From positions 69,919 to 117,925 of the forward strand of contig BLSG01000333.1 in NCBI GenBank assembly GCA_012862495.1: a stretch of 48,007 nucleotides of DNA, given 5' to 3'. The DNA comes from Thraustochytrium aureum (Eukaryota). The notes beneath the pieces were generated by a model, which was not told the origin of the DNA, did not search any database, and saw only the letters and a program-made list of their open reading frames with translations. The translations under genes were made by a program, and so were the position numbers. Positions 10,458-23,300 of this stretch are shown piece by piece. Position 1 is the stretch's first letter; each line of letters begins with the position of its first letter.

Positions 10458-11777
10458 ATGGCAAGAGGCCGCGAGTGCAAAGCCTGCGGCGCGCGGAGCA
10501 AGAGCACCGCGGTGTGCGTGTTCAGCGAGGACAAAGGCCGCAAGATATGCGCCTACCTCCTATGCGCCCTGTGCGCACCAGAGCTTGCGAACCGCAGGCT
10601 CGATGCGCGCGTTTATGCAACGCCGCACTCCCGCAACAATTGCGAGGCCCCGTCAGGCGGGACAGCCGTCGCCGACCGCGTCACAGAGCAGGACAGCGAA
10701 GCCTCGTCTCTCGCGTTTCTGGCGCTCAAAACGTGCGTGCGCGGGATTCTGAATCGCGCCCCAACGCTTTCCGCTCAAGCGCTCGCTGGTGCTCTGGATG
10801 ACCATGCCAAGGCCCAAGTCGCGGAACTGCTGCTTGCATACAGCCACATTGGGCCTGGGAAATTTGCCACGTTTCTGCGGGACTTTGGCTGGCGCCAGGA
10901 AGACGACACCGAGCCGAGCGCGGCCGGCGAAGGACCTGTTCTGCAACTGGCCAATATGGGCATGGGCGTGGACGAGCTTGGCCTGCTGGAGTACTTCACC
11001 TCGTCGAGCAGGGTCGGCGCCCTCAACGTTTCCAACAACAAATTTGGGCAGCGCGGCGCGCTGCTTCTCAGCGACATGGTCAACAACGACAATTGCGCCG
11101 CGCTCGGCGTGTCCTGGAACAAGCTTGGCGACTCTGGCGCGGGCCGGCTTGCCCTCGCGCTGCCACGCGCAACGCGGCTCGTGCGACTCAACTTGTCGGC
11201 CACCGCGCTCGGACCTTCAGGTAGGTTTCTGCAGCGCCGCATCTTCAACTGTGCGCTGCTACGGCTGTACTTTCTGCTTCTCGCCCTCGCTGACCCCGCC
11301 GCTCCCGCACGACCGCACCGTTCACAACCCAGGGGCAAACGCCGTTGCGCGTGCGCTGGCTACAAACGCGAGCTTGGCGGAATTGAACCTCGGCTTCAAT
11401 AGCATCTTGGCCGAAGGCGCGTGCAGCCTTGGCCGGGCACTGCAGCGAAACCGGACGCTTCAAGTTTTGAACGTTCGCTCGAACAGGATTGGTCCTGACG
11501 GTGAGTGTACATCGGGGTTTGTCCCGTGCTTGCGGCAAGCGAGCGTGCCCGTCCGCTAACGTTTGTTTTTTCGTGCGAGAGCGCAGGAGCAGTTGGCCTG
11601 GCGGACGCGCTTCGCGTGAACCACGTTTTGGCAAAGGTGGTGGTCGTTGACAACGACATTGGCCAGGAGGGAGCCGAAGAGTTGGCAAAATACTTTCGTG
11701 GGCCCATCTCGGTTCTTGTAGAGTGCATTGGCGGCCCTGGGGCAGCAAAGCCCAAACTTGGGCGGCGCCCCCCCTGA
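10458..11777 (+). CDS. RNI-like leucine-rich repeat protein with an N-terminal Cys cluster; three exons (10458-11220, 11333-11500, 11587-11777)
   Basis: LRR units LNVSNNKFGQRGA, LGVSWNKLGDSGA, LNLSATALGPSGA, LNLGFNSILAEGA, LNVRSNRIGPDGA and VVVDNDIGQEGA join in frame after removing two introns. The start is uncertain because the frame is open upstream to 10278. Confidence 0.8.
11221..11332 (+). other. Spliceosomal intron (112 bp)
   Basis: G|GTAGGT donor, GCTGAC branch point, CAG| acceptor. Removal restores the LRR frame (...GPS-GANAVA...). Confidence 0.85.
11501..11586 (+). other. Spliceosomal intron (86 bp)
   Basis: G|GTGAGT donor, GCTAAC branch point at 11555-11560, T-rich tract, CAG| acceptor. 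Removal restores ...IGPD-GAVGLADAL. Confidence 0.9.
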
Positions 11778-11794
11778 AGCAGGCTAGCTCTAGA

Positions 11795-11937
11795 GCTACG
11801 GCTTGCAGCTACGGCTTGCAGCAAGTATCTTGAGCTCGCAAAGGCAGGATCGCCAGCATGTTCATCGCGAAGAGCATCGCAAACTTGCATTGCAAAGAGC
11901 ATCGGAAGAGAGCATCATCGCAAAGAGCATCGCATCG
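11795..11937. repeat. Short intergenic repeats: 13-bp GCTACGGCTTGCA x2 and degenerate ~12-bp CATCGCAAAGAG-like units
   Basis: Exact duplication at 11795-11820; about six degenerate units at 11863-11937. Confidence 0.6.
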
Positions 11938-12037
11938 ACTCGTTTTGCATGATGCGAGAGAGAGAGAGGCGAACCGCCCGCTGCATCGGCACCTCTCGGA
12001 CCTGGCGAGTCAACCGCCCCAAGCTGTGAGCGGTGCT

Positions 12038-13482
12038 CTAACGCCCCTCCTCGCTTCCGCCGCAGCCGCCGCCGCCGCCAACTACTGCGGCGCCCTCCTT
12101 GGGCGCCATCATGGGGAAAAAGATGACGTCGCGGATTGAGTCGACCCCGGCCAGCAACATCGCCACTCGGTCAATCCCCATCGCCCCAGCCGGCAGTCGG
12201 GGGCAGGCCATACTCTAGGGTCTGGCAGTATGCGGCATCCACCGGCATGACATCGACGCCGCCACGGCGCTCGTGAGCGGCACCCCGGCCAGCAACTGGC
12301 GCTGAAACCTCTCCATCTGCTCCGCTGGGTGATTGAGCTCCGAGTACGAGTTGACAATCTCCCGCCCGTTCACGAACAGCTCGAAGCGCTGCGACAACCC
12401 CGGCTTGTCCGGGTGCTCCTTGGCAAGGGGGCTCATCGCAAGGGGGTGGTCGCAGAGGAACGAGGGTTGAAGGCATCCAGGCTCGACGTCCAGGCCAATC
12501 ATCTCGTCAACGAGCTGGCAGTTGGAGGCCATCGTCGCGGCGCCCTCAAACAGATCTGCAGAGACGTTGGGGTGGCGGCGCAAGAGCATCTCCTTGAGCT
12601 CGACTGCAACCTGGTCGACCCGTGCGGGGTCGTTGACGTCAGGAAAGGTCCCTCTCTCTAGGCCGTACGCGTCTTCGAGGGCCTCCACAACAGGCACGCG
12701 GCGAAAGGGCGGCGCCAGGTCGGCGCCGCAGGGGAGCCTGGTAGTCCCGATGCACGCCTTTGCCATCCCTGATAGCAGGTCCTCCGTAAGCGGCATGAGA
12801 TCAGTGTAGTCTGCGTACGCCATATAAAACTCGCAAGAGGTGAACTCTGGGTTGTGCGCAGGGCTGACTCCCTCGTTCCGGAAAACCTTGCCAATCTCAA
12901 AGACGCGGTCCAGCCCGCCCACTACCAGCTGCTTGAGATAGAGCTCCGGCGCGATGCGCAGTGCGAGGACCTGCTCTCCAGTGACGCGGGCCCGAGTCAA
13001 AAAGGGCTGCGCCAGCGCCCCGCCGGCAGAGCTCGAGATAATAGGCGTCTCCACCTCTAAAAACCCATGTCCCTCCAGGTATCGCCTCAAAAACGAGATC
13101 GCCGCAGCACGCAACAAAAATGGTGCTACCGCGGCGTCGCCGTTTGCCAGCAGGTCGACGTGCCTGCTCCGGTACCGCACTGCCTTGTCTGTGAGCGCGT
13201 ACTTGCCGTCGCCTCTCCCGCTCGGCACGTCGCGCAAGCAGGGCGCCACCACCGTGGCGCTGGTAGCGATCAGGCTTAGCTCGCCGTTTTGGAGCGCCCG
13301 GGAAACCCGCGCACGCTGACCGAGTCGGCCTCGCCGAGGCCGCGGTGAAAGCTGGACAGAGCGTCCGCTCCGCCCTCAAAGTGCTGCGCTTCGGCGAGGA
13401 CTTGGACTCGCGCCCCTTGGCCGCGGAGGTGGTAGAAGAACAGCTTTTTGCTCGCTTCCCGGGGCTTGCTCTCGACGCGGCC
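12038..13482 (-). CDS. KARS: Class II lysyl-tRNA synthetase; 5' end in or beyond the gap; frameshifts at ~13288, ~12285 and ~12182
   Basis: Anticodon OB fold [18 protein letters not shown]...GFPGRSK(N)GELSL; motif 1 [39 protein letters not shown] (motif 2); [31 protein letters not shown](M)GIDRVAMLL...IRDVIFFP (motif 3). Stop TAG at 12038-12040. Confidence 0.92.
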
Positions 13483-14333
13483 NNNNNNNNNNNNNNNNNN
13501 NNNNNNNNNNNNNNNNNNNNNNNNNNNNNNNNNNNNNNNNNNNNNNNNNNNNNNNNNNNNNNNNNNNNNNNNNNNNNNNNNNNNNNNNNNNNNNNNNNNN
13601 NNNNNNNNNNNNNNNNNNNNNNNNNNNNNNNNNNNNNNNNNNNNNNNNNNNNNNNNNNNNNNNNNNNNNNNNNNNNNNNNNNNNNNNNNNNNNNNNNNNN
13701 NNNNNNNNNNNNNNNNNNNNNNNNNNNNNNNNNNNNNNNNNNNNNNNNNNNNNNNNNNNNNNNNNNNNNNNNNNNNNNNNNNNNNNNNNNNNNNNNNNNN
13801 NNNNNNNNNNNNNNNNNNNNNNNNNNNNNNNNNNNNNNNNNNNNNNNNNNNNNNNNNNNNNNNNNNNNNNNNNNNNNAGGCACTGGCTACCCGCGCTCCC
13901 TCACTCCGAGTCTACTCGCCTGCACTCGCGAGGCAGAATCTCAACTCCGGAGGGCCCTCACACCGCTCTCGCTGGCTTGAAAGCCCCGCTCGATGATCAC
14001 AGTGCCGACTCGGAGTAGAGATGGGAGGTACTCTACTTAGGTACTCTTGTACTCGATGATGATGCTGATGATGATGGCCAGCCGCGCTCACAGGATTGAT
14101 TCGTTTTGGGAGTGGGCGAGGGACACCACGAGCGAGCACGCCCTGGCTTGCCATGGTGATCATGATCCAAAGACAATCAAGCAAGCCAGCACGCAAGCAG
14201 CTCTCGAAAGAAAAAAACAGAACGAAGCAGAGCCAGAACGCGCAGCGCGAAAGGACGCGCCGAGCAGGCCGAGCAGGCAGCTGACGAGCAGGCAAGAAGG
14301 CGGAACGGGGTCCGGCTGCGACGCGGCGGACTG

Positions 14334-17300
14334 ATGACGGCGGGCGGCGGCAGGAGGCGCGCCTGGTCGAAGGGCGCGGTCGGGCTCGCCCTCGCCTTGA
14401 CCGCCCTCGCGCAATCGGCACAGGGCGAGCGAGCGGGAGGGACGGGAAAGCACGTGCTGACCGTGGACTGCAATGGCGGCGTCCACTTTTACGGCGGGTC
14501 GGTGCACGAGATCAACTTCAACCTCGGCATGGTCAAGTCGCTCGTGGACGAGCTCGGCGACGAGCTGCTGGACTCTGCGCGCTGCGCTTGCCCCAGCTCG
14601 CCGACGGAAGAACTGATGCGCCGCTTCGTGCCCTCTCTGAGCTACTTGATCGGGGGCTTCTCCCACGTCCCGAACGGTGCTGGAGGCTTCACGTTCGAAG
14701 CCTCCAACAAGCCAAATACCTGCAGCCAGGGCGGAAACTTGGGCCAAGCCACTTTCTCCTTCATGAACCCGACGCCGAACCGCGCGGGCGATGAAGGAGG
14801 GTTCCTTAGCGGCATCGTCTTGCCTGAGACGTGCACTTTGGCCTCGATCGAAGCCGGCCAGGGGTGCGCCATGACCATCCTCGGCAACTCAAACAGCACC
14901 ATTCTGACCGACCCCAACTCCAAGCTCCGCGTCGTCGCTGACAGATGCGAAGGGTCCACTGTGTGGCCGTTCTTGGAGGTCACCTGCGAGGGTCCAGGCT
15001 GCAGCTCGACGCTCATGCCACCGTGCCAATCGGGGCAAGACGATGAGTGTCCGTTCGGAGAGCGCTGCGAGCTAGCCTTTGACGAATTGCAAGTTCTCAA
15101 CGTGCTGAGAAACGCCTGGGGGTACACAGGAGCGGATGGGATTGACACCTGCGAACCGTTCGGAAACATCCTCCTCGAAGGCGTCTACGGGCGCTCCTCA
15201 GAACCTCAAGTCTTCACGTGCTCGTCGTTCACACTAGCGGCCCAGTTTCAGCGCTGGTACGACAACAAGGTTAAACTCAGCGAGAACCTCAACGAAGGCA
15301 ACGTCGTCGGTTTCCTTTCGAGTCTGGGCGATGCAATCCTGCCTCGCACTGCTCCTTTTCCGAGGGAGACCCGTATCACACAGGTCTTCTACGACCCGGC
15401 AGGGAACGACAAGCTACAGAGCCAATTTCAACGGGACTTGTGCAAGGCGCGAGGGTGCCATCCTGGCCAGCTCGGTGACGGCCGCTGCCACCCCGCCTGC
15501 AACATACCGGAATGCCTCTTCGACGGGAACGACTGCCACGGGTGCGCTTGCTTAGCCGGCTCCGACGACACGTCGGCCTGCGCGTTTCCCTCGGCAGAGG
15601 TTTCCTCGCCGAGCTTTCTCTTGCCGTGGGAAAACCTGCAACTCGATTTCGGGGCCTCGCCCGTTCTCGTGCCGCCCATCGTCCAAGCAGGCAACCCGCG
15701 CGAGGTGTGTGCGCTGGCTCCTGGCGCTCAGGCTAACGTGGCTCCCTGGACACCAGAGGCTGCCGGTTGCAATGTCGCCGCAGACTCGGCGCGGACCCCA
15801 GACTGGTTTTGCACCATTGACGTTCAAGGCGCCCAGGAAGTTTCGGAAAATACTCTGCTCGTTCACCACCGTGAACTACGCGATTGCCCGACTTCGAGAG
15901 CCATGTACCGTAAATGCATCTGCGCGTGGCCGCAAAAATTCGACGTTTGCTCGAACAGCCCGCTCTCGGGGACTGATTTCTCGTTCGGGTCTCTCATCGC
16001 GGCGAGCGAGGCGGAGTGCGTCGCGGCAGAGCGGCCACTCGACGATTGCCCAATGTACACGCTCGAGACCATACTGCCAAGCGCTGGCGCCATCGAGCCG
16101 TACGTCCCAGCTTTTGTGGACAAGCAAGGCACCGCCCTGCACACCCCGCTGATCGCGCCAGCACCTGGAAACGTCCTGTACACGACCTGTGCCGGCGACC
16201 TCGTTNNNNNNNNNNNNNNNNNNNNNNNNNNNNNNNNNNNNNNNNNNNNNNNNNNNNNNNNNNNNNNNNNNNNNNNNNNNNNNNNNNNNNNNNNNNNNNN
16301 NNNNNNNNNNNNNNNNNNNNNNNNNNNNNNNNNNNNNNNNNNNNNNNNNNNNNNNNNNNNNNNNNNNNNNNNNNNNNNNNNNNNNNNNNNNNNNNNNNNN
16401 NNNNNNNNNNNNNNNNNNNNNNNNNNNNNNNNNNNNNNNNNNNNNNNNNNNNNNNNNNNNNNNNNNNNNNNNNNNNNNNNNNNNNNNNNNNNNNNNNNNN
16501 NNNNNNNNNNNNNNNNNNNNNNNNNNNNNNNNNNNNNNNNNNNNNNNNNNNNNCTCAGCTTGATGTATGCATTTATGGTGGTGAGCCGAGCGACGACTTT
16601 CGACTCGGCCACGCGTTTTGGCGCCCAGAGTTTGTTCTGGGCTCCTTTTTTGGCGCCGAAGACCTCGCTCGTGTCGGCCGGAGCATTAACCAAGTCGACT
16701 TTTGGAGCACTGGCAACCCAGCCGACTTGCGCGAGGGCCTGCGGTTCCCCAACGCTCCTGCGCTCGACTTGGCGGACTTTCTGCAGACTGGCTCGGCTCG
16801 CGTCAAGCTCGAGTCTCTAACTGACCTTCTTGGGTTGGACAGCGCCAAACTGTCCTTCGAGGTCGCGCCATGCGGAGACCCCACGCAAGTCGGTGTTGTC
16901 GGCAACGTGCCGATCTCGCGCATCTCGCTTGCGCTTGACGCCCCGGTCCTCTCCTCGTGGTTGTCGTCCGGCCTTGGCTGCACCGACGTCGTGCAAGACA
17001 CGTGCGGCGGCGACGACTACGTATGCACCAACTTCACCGAGGTTGTCGCTGGCGTGTTTGATGGGTTGGGCAACCTTCAGAGTCTTCGGACGACCTCGAT
17101 CTGGTCCAACGCGTTTCCGCCACCGCAATGCGCGTCCCCAGAGTACAGGGAAGAGCTGGAGCTCTTGCGCACCATTTTGATCGGCTTTCTCTTCGGTGCT
17201 GGCCCGACCCGCGCAAAGGCCGAGGCGCAAGGCCTCGCCACGTCGCAGCTTATTTTGGCGTGCGTGCCACAATTCCTTGAGCTGCTGCCTTCGCTCTTCA

Positions 17301-20300
17301 CCGACGCGACATTCGAGTGCTCATCTTCTCAAAGCATGTACGAGTGCTCAGGCACTCTGGAGGACTGCCTTGCCGGTTCAGATGACCCCGCGCGCGGGGT
17401 CCTGTGCAACCTCAGCGGCAACGACATTTTCCAACAAGTGCAGGCGAGAGCTGCTCGGTACCCCTGACTCGCGCGGTTCGCTGCGATGTGGCCGCGTGCC
17501 TGTACACCGCGGACACCCAGTCTCAGGAGGTCCTGCACGCCTCCACGCATTATGGATATGCGGGGAACTCTGACGGAGCCTTTGCGGTGTACTCTGCTTT
17601 GGAGGAGTGCAAAAGGAGTTGCACTATCGAAAACTTGGCCACGTTTGGCGGTTTGCCCCTCGAGATCCAGCCGAGCGGATCCGTGAGCTGTGTGCAAATC
17701 GCATCTTGCGCAGACGCCTCTTCGACAACGCACAATTGCACAACATCTTCAACTTTTGTTCCGGGGATGGAACTGCGACTCGTGGATCTGCCGTTTTCGG
17801 GGTGCAGCTCTATGTTCCCGTACGCCTACGGCGGCCCTTTTCTTGGAGGAATCGGGGCCAGGTGCTGCGCAGAAGATGTGAGCGCCATCCCGGCCATCCT
17901 GAATGACCCGTGCGAGGCAGCCGGCGCGGCCAGCAGCGTCTGTCCGGAAGCTCCCTGCATTAATTACGACGGGACCGACCCAACCGTGGTGGAACAAAGC
18001 CTCACCTGCTTCGGGCCAGAGATTTTGCCGTGTTCGGAGCTCCAGAAGCTCTTCTACGTCGTCAAACTAAACGAGACCAGCGACCCGGAGACGTATCCGG
18101 CGCAAAATCCACCTCGCTCGCTTGAGGAGTGCAAGGAGCTGTGCCCTACTACGTACAACGGATACATCGAGTGCGACTGTTTTGCAGAGGAGCCGGTAAC
18201 GTGCAAGAGCCTAGACCGAACATGCTCGCTGCTCGCGGAAGCTGGCGACGGGGTGCTGTGGAGGGAGGCGCAGGCAGTCAAAGTGTCGGAGAATATCTCC
18301 AACGTCATCTCGATCCTGACCGAGCCGCTCCAAGTCCCGGGCGCCCTTTTCGAGACTCCAGCTCCTGTGCCGATCTCCGCGCTCTTCACCGAGGCCGTTG
18401 ACGCCGTTCTCGTCACCTTCAGCGGCCCGACAAACCTAGGATTAGGCCAAGGGTCGAACAGTGCAGCTACAGCTCCGTGCGGCGGCATCCTGCGTGTGCT
18501 CGGCAGCGACCTGTCGTCCAGCTTGTGCTGGTGGGTCTCCCCACAAGTTCTGCGCGTCAGTGTCGACGCGAATACGCCGATCTCGCCTGGGGACCAACTG
18601 GGATTCCTCCCAGGAAACGGAATCAAGGCCGCCACAGGGGCTTCCCCCGATGTTTCCGGTCTACTTAGCGTCCAGCTCAACCCAGACGCGGAAGTGCCGG
18701 TTCCCACCATCAGGCTGAGCGCACCGAGCACAGTCCCCCTGTGTAGCGGCAGTTTCACTGTTCTTGGGACGCCACTTGGCGGGGCCGCTGGGCGCCAGCT
18801 CAAGTGGACATTCGCGGTCTTCGTCGGCTCGGCCACCGGGCCGTCTCTCGTGCAGACGTCTTTCTCAAGCGTGCTTGAGGTTGACTTTGCTGAACTGGGT
18901 GTGTCCGCCGAAACCCAAGTCCGGGTGGAAACTAGCGCTTCCAACTGGCTCGACGCAAGCAGCTCACCTGTTGCGGTTTCGATCGACGTCTCCCTCTTAA
19001 TTGCGCCCACGGTTTCATTGGTCGGCGACCTCTCGGCCCTTTCGCCGTTCCGACTCGGGCTGGACCGGGTCGACATCGGCGCAGAGACGACCTTTGCGTG
19101 CCAAGAGGCGAGCGCGCAGGCCGGGGCTTTCCTGTATACCTGGGAGGTGGCTGTTGCAGGTTCGCCTGATTATGCCACTCTGTCGCCGCCCCGCGCGGAA
19201 AGCTTGCTCCGTCTGGGCCCCTCGACCTTCAAAACTCCTGGCGACTATGACCTGCGGCTCACAGTTGCGCTCTCCACGAATGCGGAGGTCAAGTCCCAGG
19301 TCACGCAGCGTGTTAGCGTGGCGCTTTCGCCCGTCGCTGTCGTCCTTTCCGGCGGCTACCAGCGGACCGTCTTCGCATCAAAGCCGCTCACGTTGGATGG
19401 CCGCCGTTCTTGCGACCCCAACATCGTCAGCCAGTGCGATCCAGACTTTGGCTGGCAAGGGACTGGGTCGGGCACGCAGCTCTTGAAGGCAGGGGCCAGG
19501 GTCTCCTGGAGCTGCCAGGCGCGCCCGTCCCTTGCAGAGCCATTCGAGCCGTGCGAGTCCGCTTTGCAAACTGTTCTGGGCGCCAATCTCTTTGTCGAGC
19601 TGCCTCCTGGCACACTGCAGACACGGTGGCGCTACGAACTACGGCTGAGTATCGACGATGCGACAAGCCCTGTCGTGCGCATCTGGGCCGTATCCGAGCC
19701 TGCCGACCTTGGCCAATGTGCATCGGTACCAGCCGTCGATGTCGCCCCGGTGCCGCCGATCATTAACGCTGGGGGGAACGGCCTCGTTTTGACCGGTCGC
19801 GTCAGTGGGTTTGTCCCTGGAACGGCAGACACACAAATTCGGCTACTCTGGGAACGTGTCGTCCCGGGCGCCACTGGCGCTCCGGACGTCCCAATCCCTG
19901 CGTCGCCCTTTGCGCAAGTGACTACGCGCGAGACGCTCTTCATCGAGCCCAACACCCTCGTGCCTGGCCAATCCTACACATTCCGGCTCTCCGCTTTGCA
20001 GGCCTGCACTGTGCCCAACCACCCGTACTCGGAAGTCACTTTCCAAGTCAATACGCCGCCGACGGCAGGCACCGTCGCGGTTGACCGCGAATCAGGGACC
20101 GCCTTTGAGGACAGTTTTGTCTTCGAAGCGAGGGGGTTTTTCGATCCGGACGGCGGCCCGATCCAGTACGCTTTTGAGTATACGTTTGACAAGCCGGTGC
20201 CTGGGGCTGCGTACAGGCCGGGTTCTACGTTTCCCCTATCTGTGTTCTCCACCTCGCCGCGCCTGCGGACGGCTCTGGAGTTCCCTGCGCTGGCGAGCAG

Positions 20301-23300
20301 GGACGACGGCACCGCCCTCGTCTACATCACCGCTGTTGCGAGAGACAGGTCTGGGGCCGAGTCCGCCCGCGTCAGCTTTGCACAAGTTACCTTGCGACCC
20401 CCTAATGGCACGAGCGCAGCCGACCTTCCCAACGTTAACGCCGAGTTTCAAGAAGCTGCCCTAGCGGGAGCCCAGGCAGATGGGCTCCTCCGGCGGGCCA
20501 TCGCAATCGCGTCTCTAGCCAACACGGTGGACGCTCTTGGAACGGCTCCGGAGTGGCCCGCGCAGGCCCGCAGCGACCTCATCGCCGCTCTAGCGCTCTT
20601 GCGCTCGGGCCAGCTCGAGGACAACCGCGACGCGGCGCTGGTTTCGATCCAGGTCAACCTCCTCTTGACCCTGGCCGCGGTGCCCAACCCGGAACGCATC
20701 GACGTCCAGTTTGCCAACGCGACCTCCAACTTACTGCGGGACCTGCTCGCGGAGACAAAGGAGATCGTCGCGTTCGGGCGCCGCGCCGACGCAGACCCAA
20801 GTGCGCTCGACCTCATCCCTGCCTCGCTGATCGTCAACGCGCTGGAGACGCTTTCCGCGCTAATCCGTGGTGCTCAGCTCTCCGCGGCTGCCGGAGCCGC
20901 GACAGGCGACAGCGGGCGCCGCCTGGAGGCCGCCAAGGAGTCCTGCTCGCTAGCTTCCAGTACGCGAACGGCAATCGAGGACCTTGCAAGGCTCGTCCTG
21001 TCCGCTTACACGCAGGGCGCCTCGGCGCTCACGTATGCGGCCTCTGACGTACAGTTCGCCGCAGTGCGCGAAAACCCGCAGGCGCTCGGCTCGAGCAGCA
21101 GCGGAAACAACGGCGTCTCGAGCTTGGACATCCCTGCGTCCTTCTCAAGGAGCGGCAAGGGCTTCGGGCAACTCGGGTAGGGGCGGGCGACCGGGCGGGC
21201 GTTTCGTTCTCCCGGCCGGGGTGCTCGACAGCGCCATCGCAAACGCTGGCAGCGAAACTTCGCCAGAGGAGGTTGAGGTTTTGGCTGTCTCTTTCGCGTT
21301 CAACGTGCGGTGCGAAGCGATCGCCGCCCTCGAGGTGACGCAGTGCAGCAACATTACGGAATACTTTGAGTGGACTGGGCCAGTCACCGAAGTCAGCGAC
21401 GTCGTGTCGATCGACTTTGCCGACTCGGCCAACCCGAGCCGTACTTTTGACCCCGTTGGGCTTCCAAAAGGCAGCGAGATCGTCATCGGCGTGCCGATTG
21501 GTGGTGCGCTCGGGAACGCGAGCGTGTGCGAAAACTCGACCGTGCTGGAAGTCGTCTGCGGGTTTTTCGACCCAAGCCTTAACGAGTGGTCCACGGAGGG
21601 GTGCCGTCTTGCTGCCAACCAGACCGACCCGGATTATGTGCTGTGCGAGTGCAACCATGCTAGCGACTACAGCTCCTGGAACGCATTTCGAGCTGACGTG
21701 CGCAGCACCTTTAGCAACCCGGTGTCGGCCGTGACCGCAATCGCTCTGCTGCTGCTAGGTGTGCTGTTCCCAGGACTTCTTCTTCTGTGGTTCCTTTCCG
21801 TCATGTGGGCCCGTCGTCGTGACAGCGTCGAGTCAGACACTATCCAGAAAGGCGCGATTGGCATGCTCTACCTGCGGCGTGCTCAGATGAAAGCCAAGCA
21901 AAAGCTCTTCTTCACCAACTTGCGTGCCATGCAAGCGGCTGACGAGAGCGTGCGCGCCTTGGTGCTGCAGTCTCAAGCGGAGATGGAGGCAAGCAAAGCC
22001 AACAAAGCAGCGGCCAAGAAGCGGCGGCGCTCGTTATGCGTCAACTTTTGGCTTGCCTTGAAGTACGAGCACAGCCTGTTGAGCCTCTTCAGCCGGTACG
22101 ACCCGGTGTATTCGCGCGCGCAGCGCATCACAGTGTTCTTCGCCGTGGTGCTGGGCAACTTGTTGGCGGCGAGCTTCTTCTTTGAGCTCAAGTCTGCGAC
22201 GGACATCACGATCGGGTTTCTGATCGGGACCGTATTTCTTGCGTCCCTGTTCGTCTCGGTCCCGATCCGCTTGTTCGTCAAGACGCTTTTCAAGACTTCG
22301 GACTGCGAGCGCGGCACCAAAGGCGAGCGAGTCAAAAACATCTACCGCATTACAAGCAAGCTCAACGAGGACGTGCCGCACGAGGGAGCCGACCTCGAGC
22401 TCATCGTGGCTTACAAGGACCAGTTCGTCGCGAAGGCGCGCCTGGACCGGCTCAAGCAGCAGCGCGCTGAGCTGCGCTCCAAGACCACACGCAGGAATCC
22501 GGAGGAGACTGCTCTCGTCGCAGTTGTCGTTGACGAGCTTGAAGGCCCCGCTCCTGTCGAGCCTGCCAGCCCGAGCGGCGCTCGAGTAGAGGAGGAGGGC
22601 GCGGCAGCCTCTCCCTTCGATGCCGCCACGGAGGCAGAAGCAAGCACGTCGTCCAAGTCGGCTGCCAAGACGCTGCGACGCAAGGATCGCACGGCTGAGC
22701 AGACCAAGCTAGACGAGCTCGACAAGGCGATCGCGGCCGCTGCCGAAGACGTCAAGGCGGCGAAAAGGTCGCTGTGGCGAAAAACGAAGGCCGCTCAAAG
22801 CGAGTGGGGTGACGCGCCGACACGAGAGGCGATCAAGCGCGTTCAGATGGTCAAGCGGCAAAAGTCAATCCTGCTGCGGGTCTCGGCCCTGTTGGCCGAG
22901 GAGCCACGCGCGCGCGCCAAAACCCGCCGTCCGTGGTTCTCGCGCACAGGCGCCTACATGGCGTACTTGGTTCTTGTAGGGTTTTACGCGTTTGCTGGGT
23001 TCTACATCACCAAGTTTGTGCTGACGCGGGGAGACAACGCGGATTCGGATGAGGAGCGCCAGATTTTGTTGCTGTGGCTCGGCACAGCCGCCTTCGGGGT
23101 GATGGTCGGCTATTTGGTGGCGGAGCCCATGGTAATGGCAATCCGCTTTGCCATCTTGCCGTGGATATTGATGCGGTTCGGCTCGCTTGATGACGACGAG
23201 GAGCCCGAGAGTGGCGATGATGAGGAAGCGAACGACGAGGAGGCAGGGCGCAAGAAGCGGCCCAAGAGTGACCACATTTACGCCAAGGACAAAAAGCTCA

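Noticed and set aside
5177..13482. Kinesin-4 and LysRS as pseudogenes because of multiple frameshifts
   Set aside because: Catalytic motifs are intact, there are no nonsense substitutions, and similar indels affect most long genes in the window. Sequencing error is the simpler explanation.
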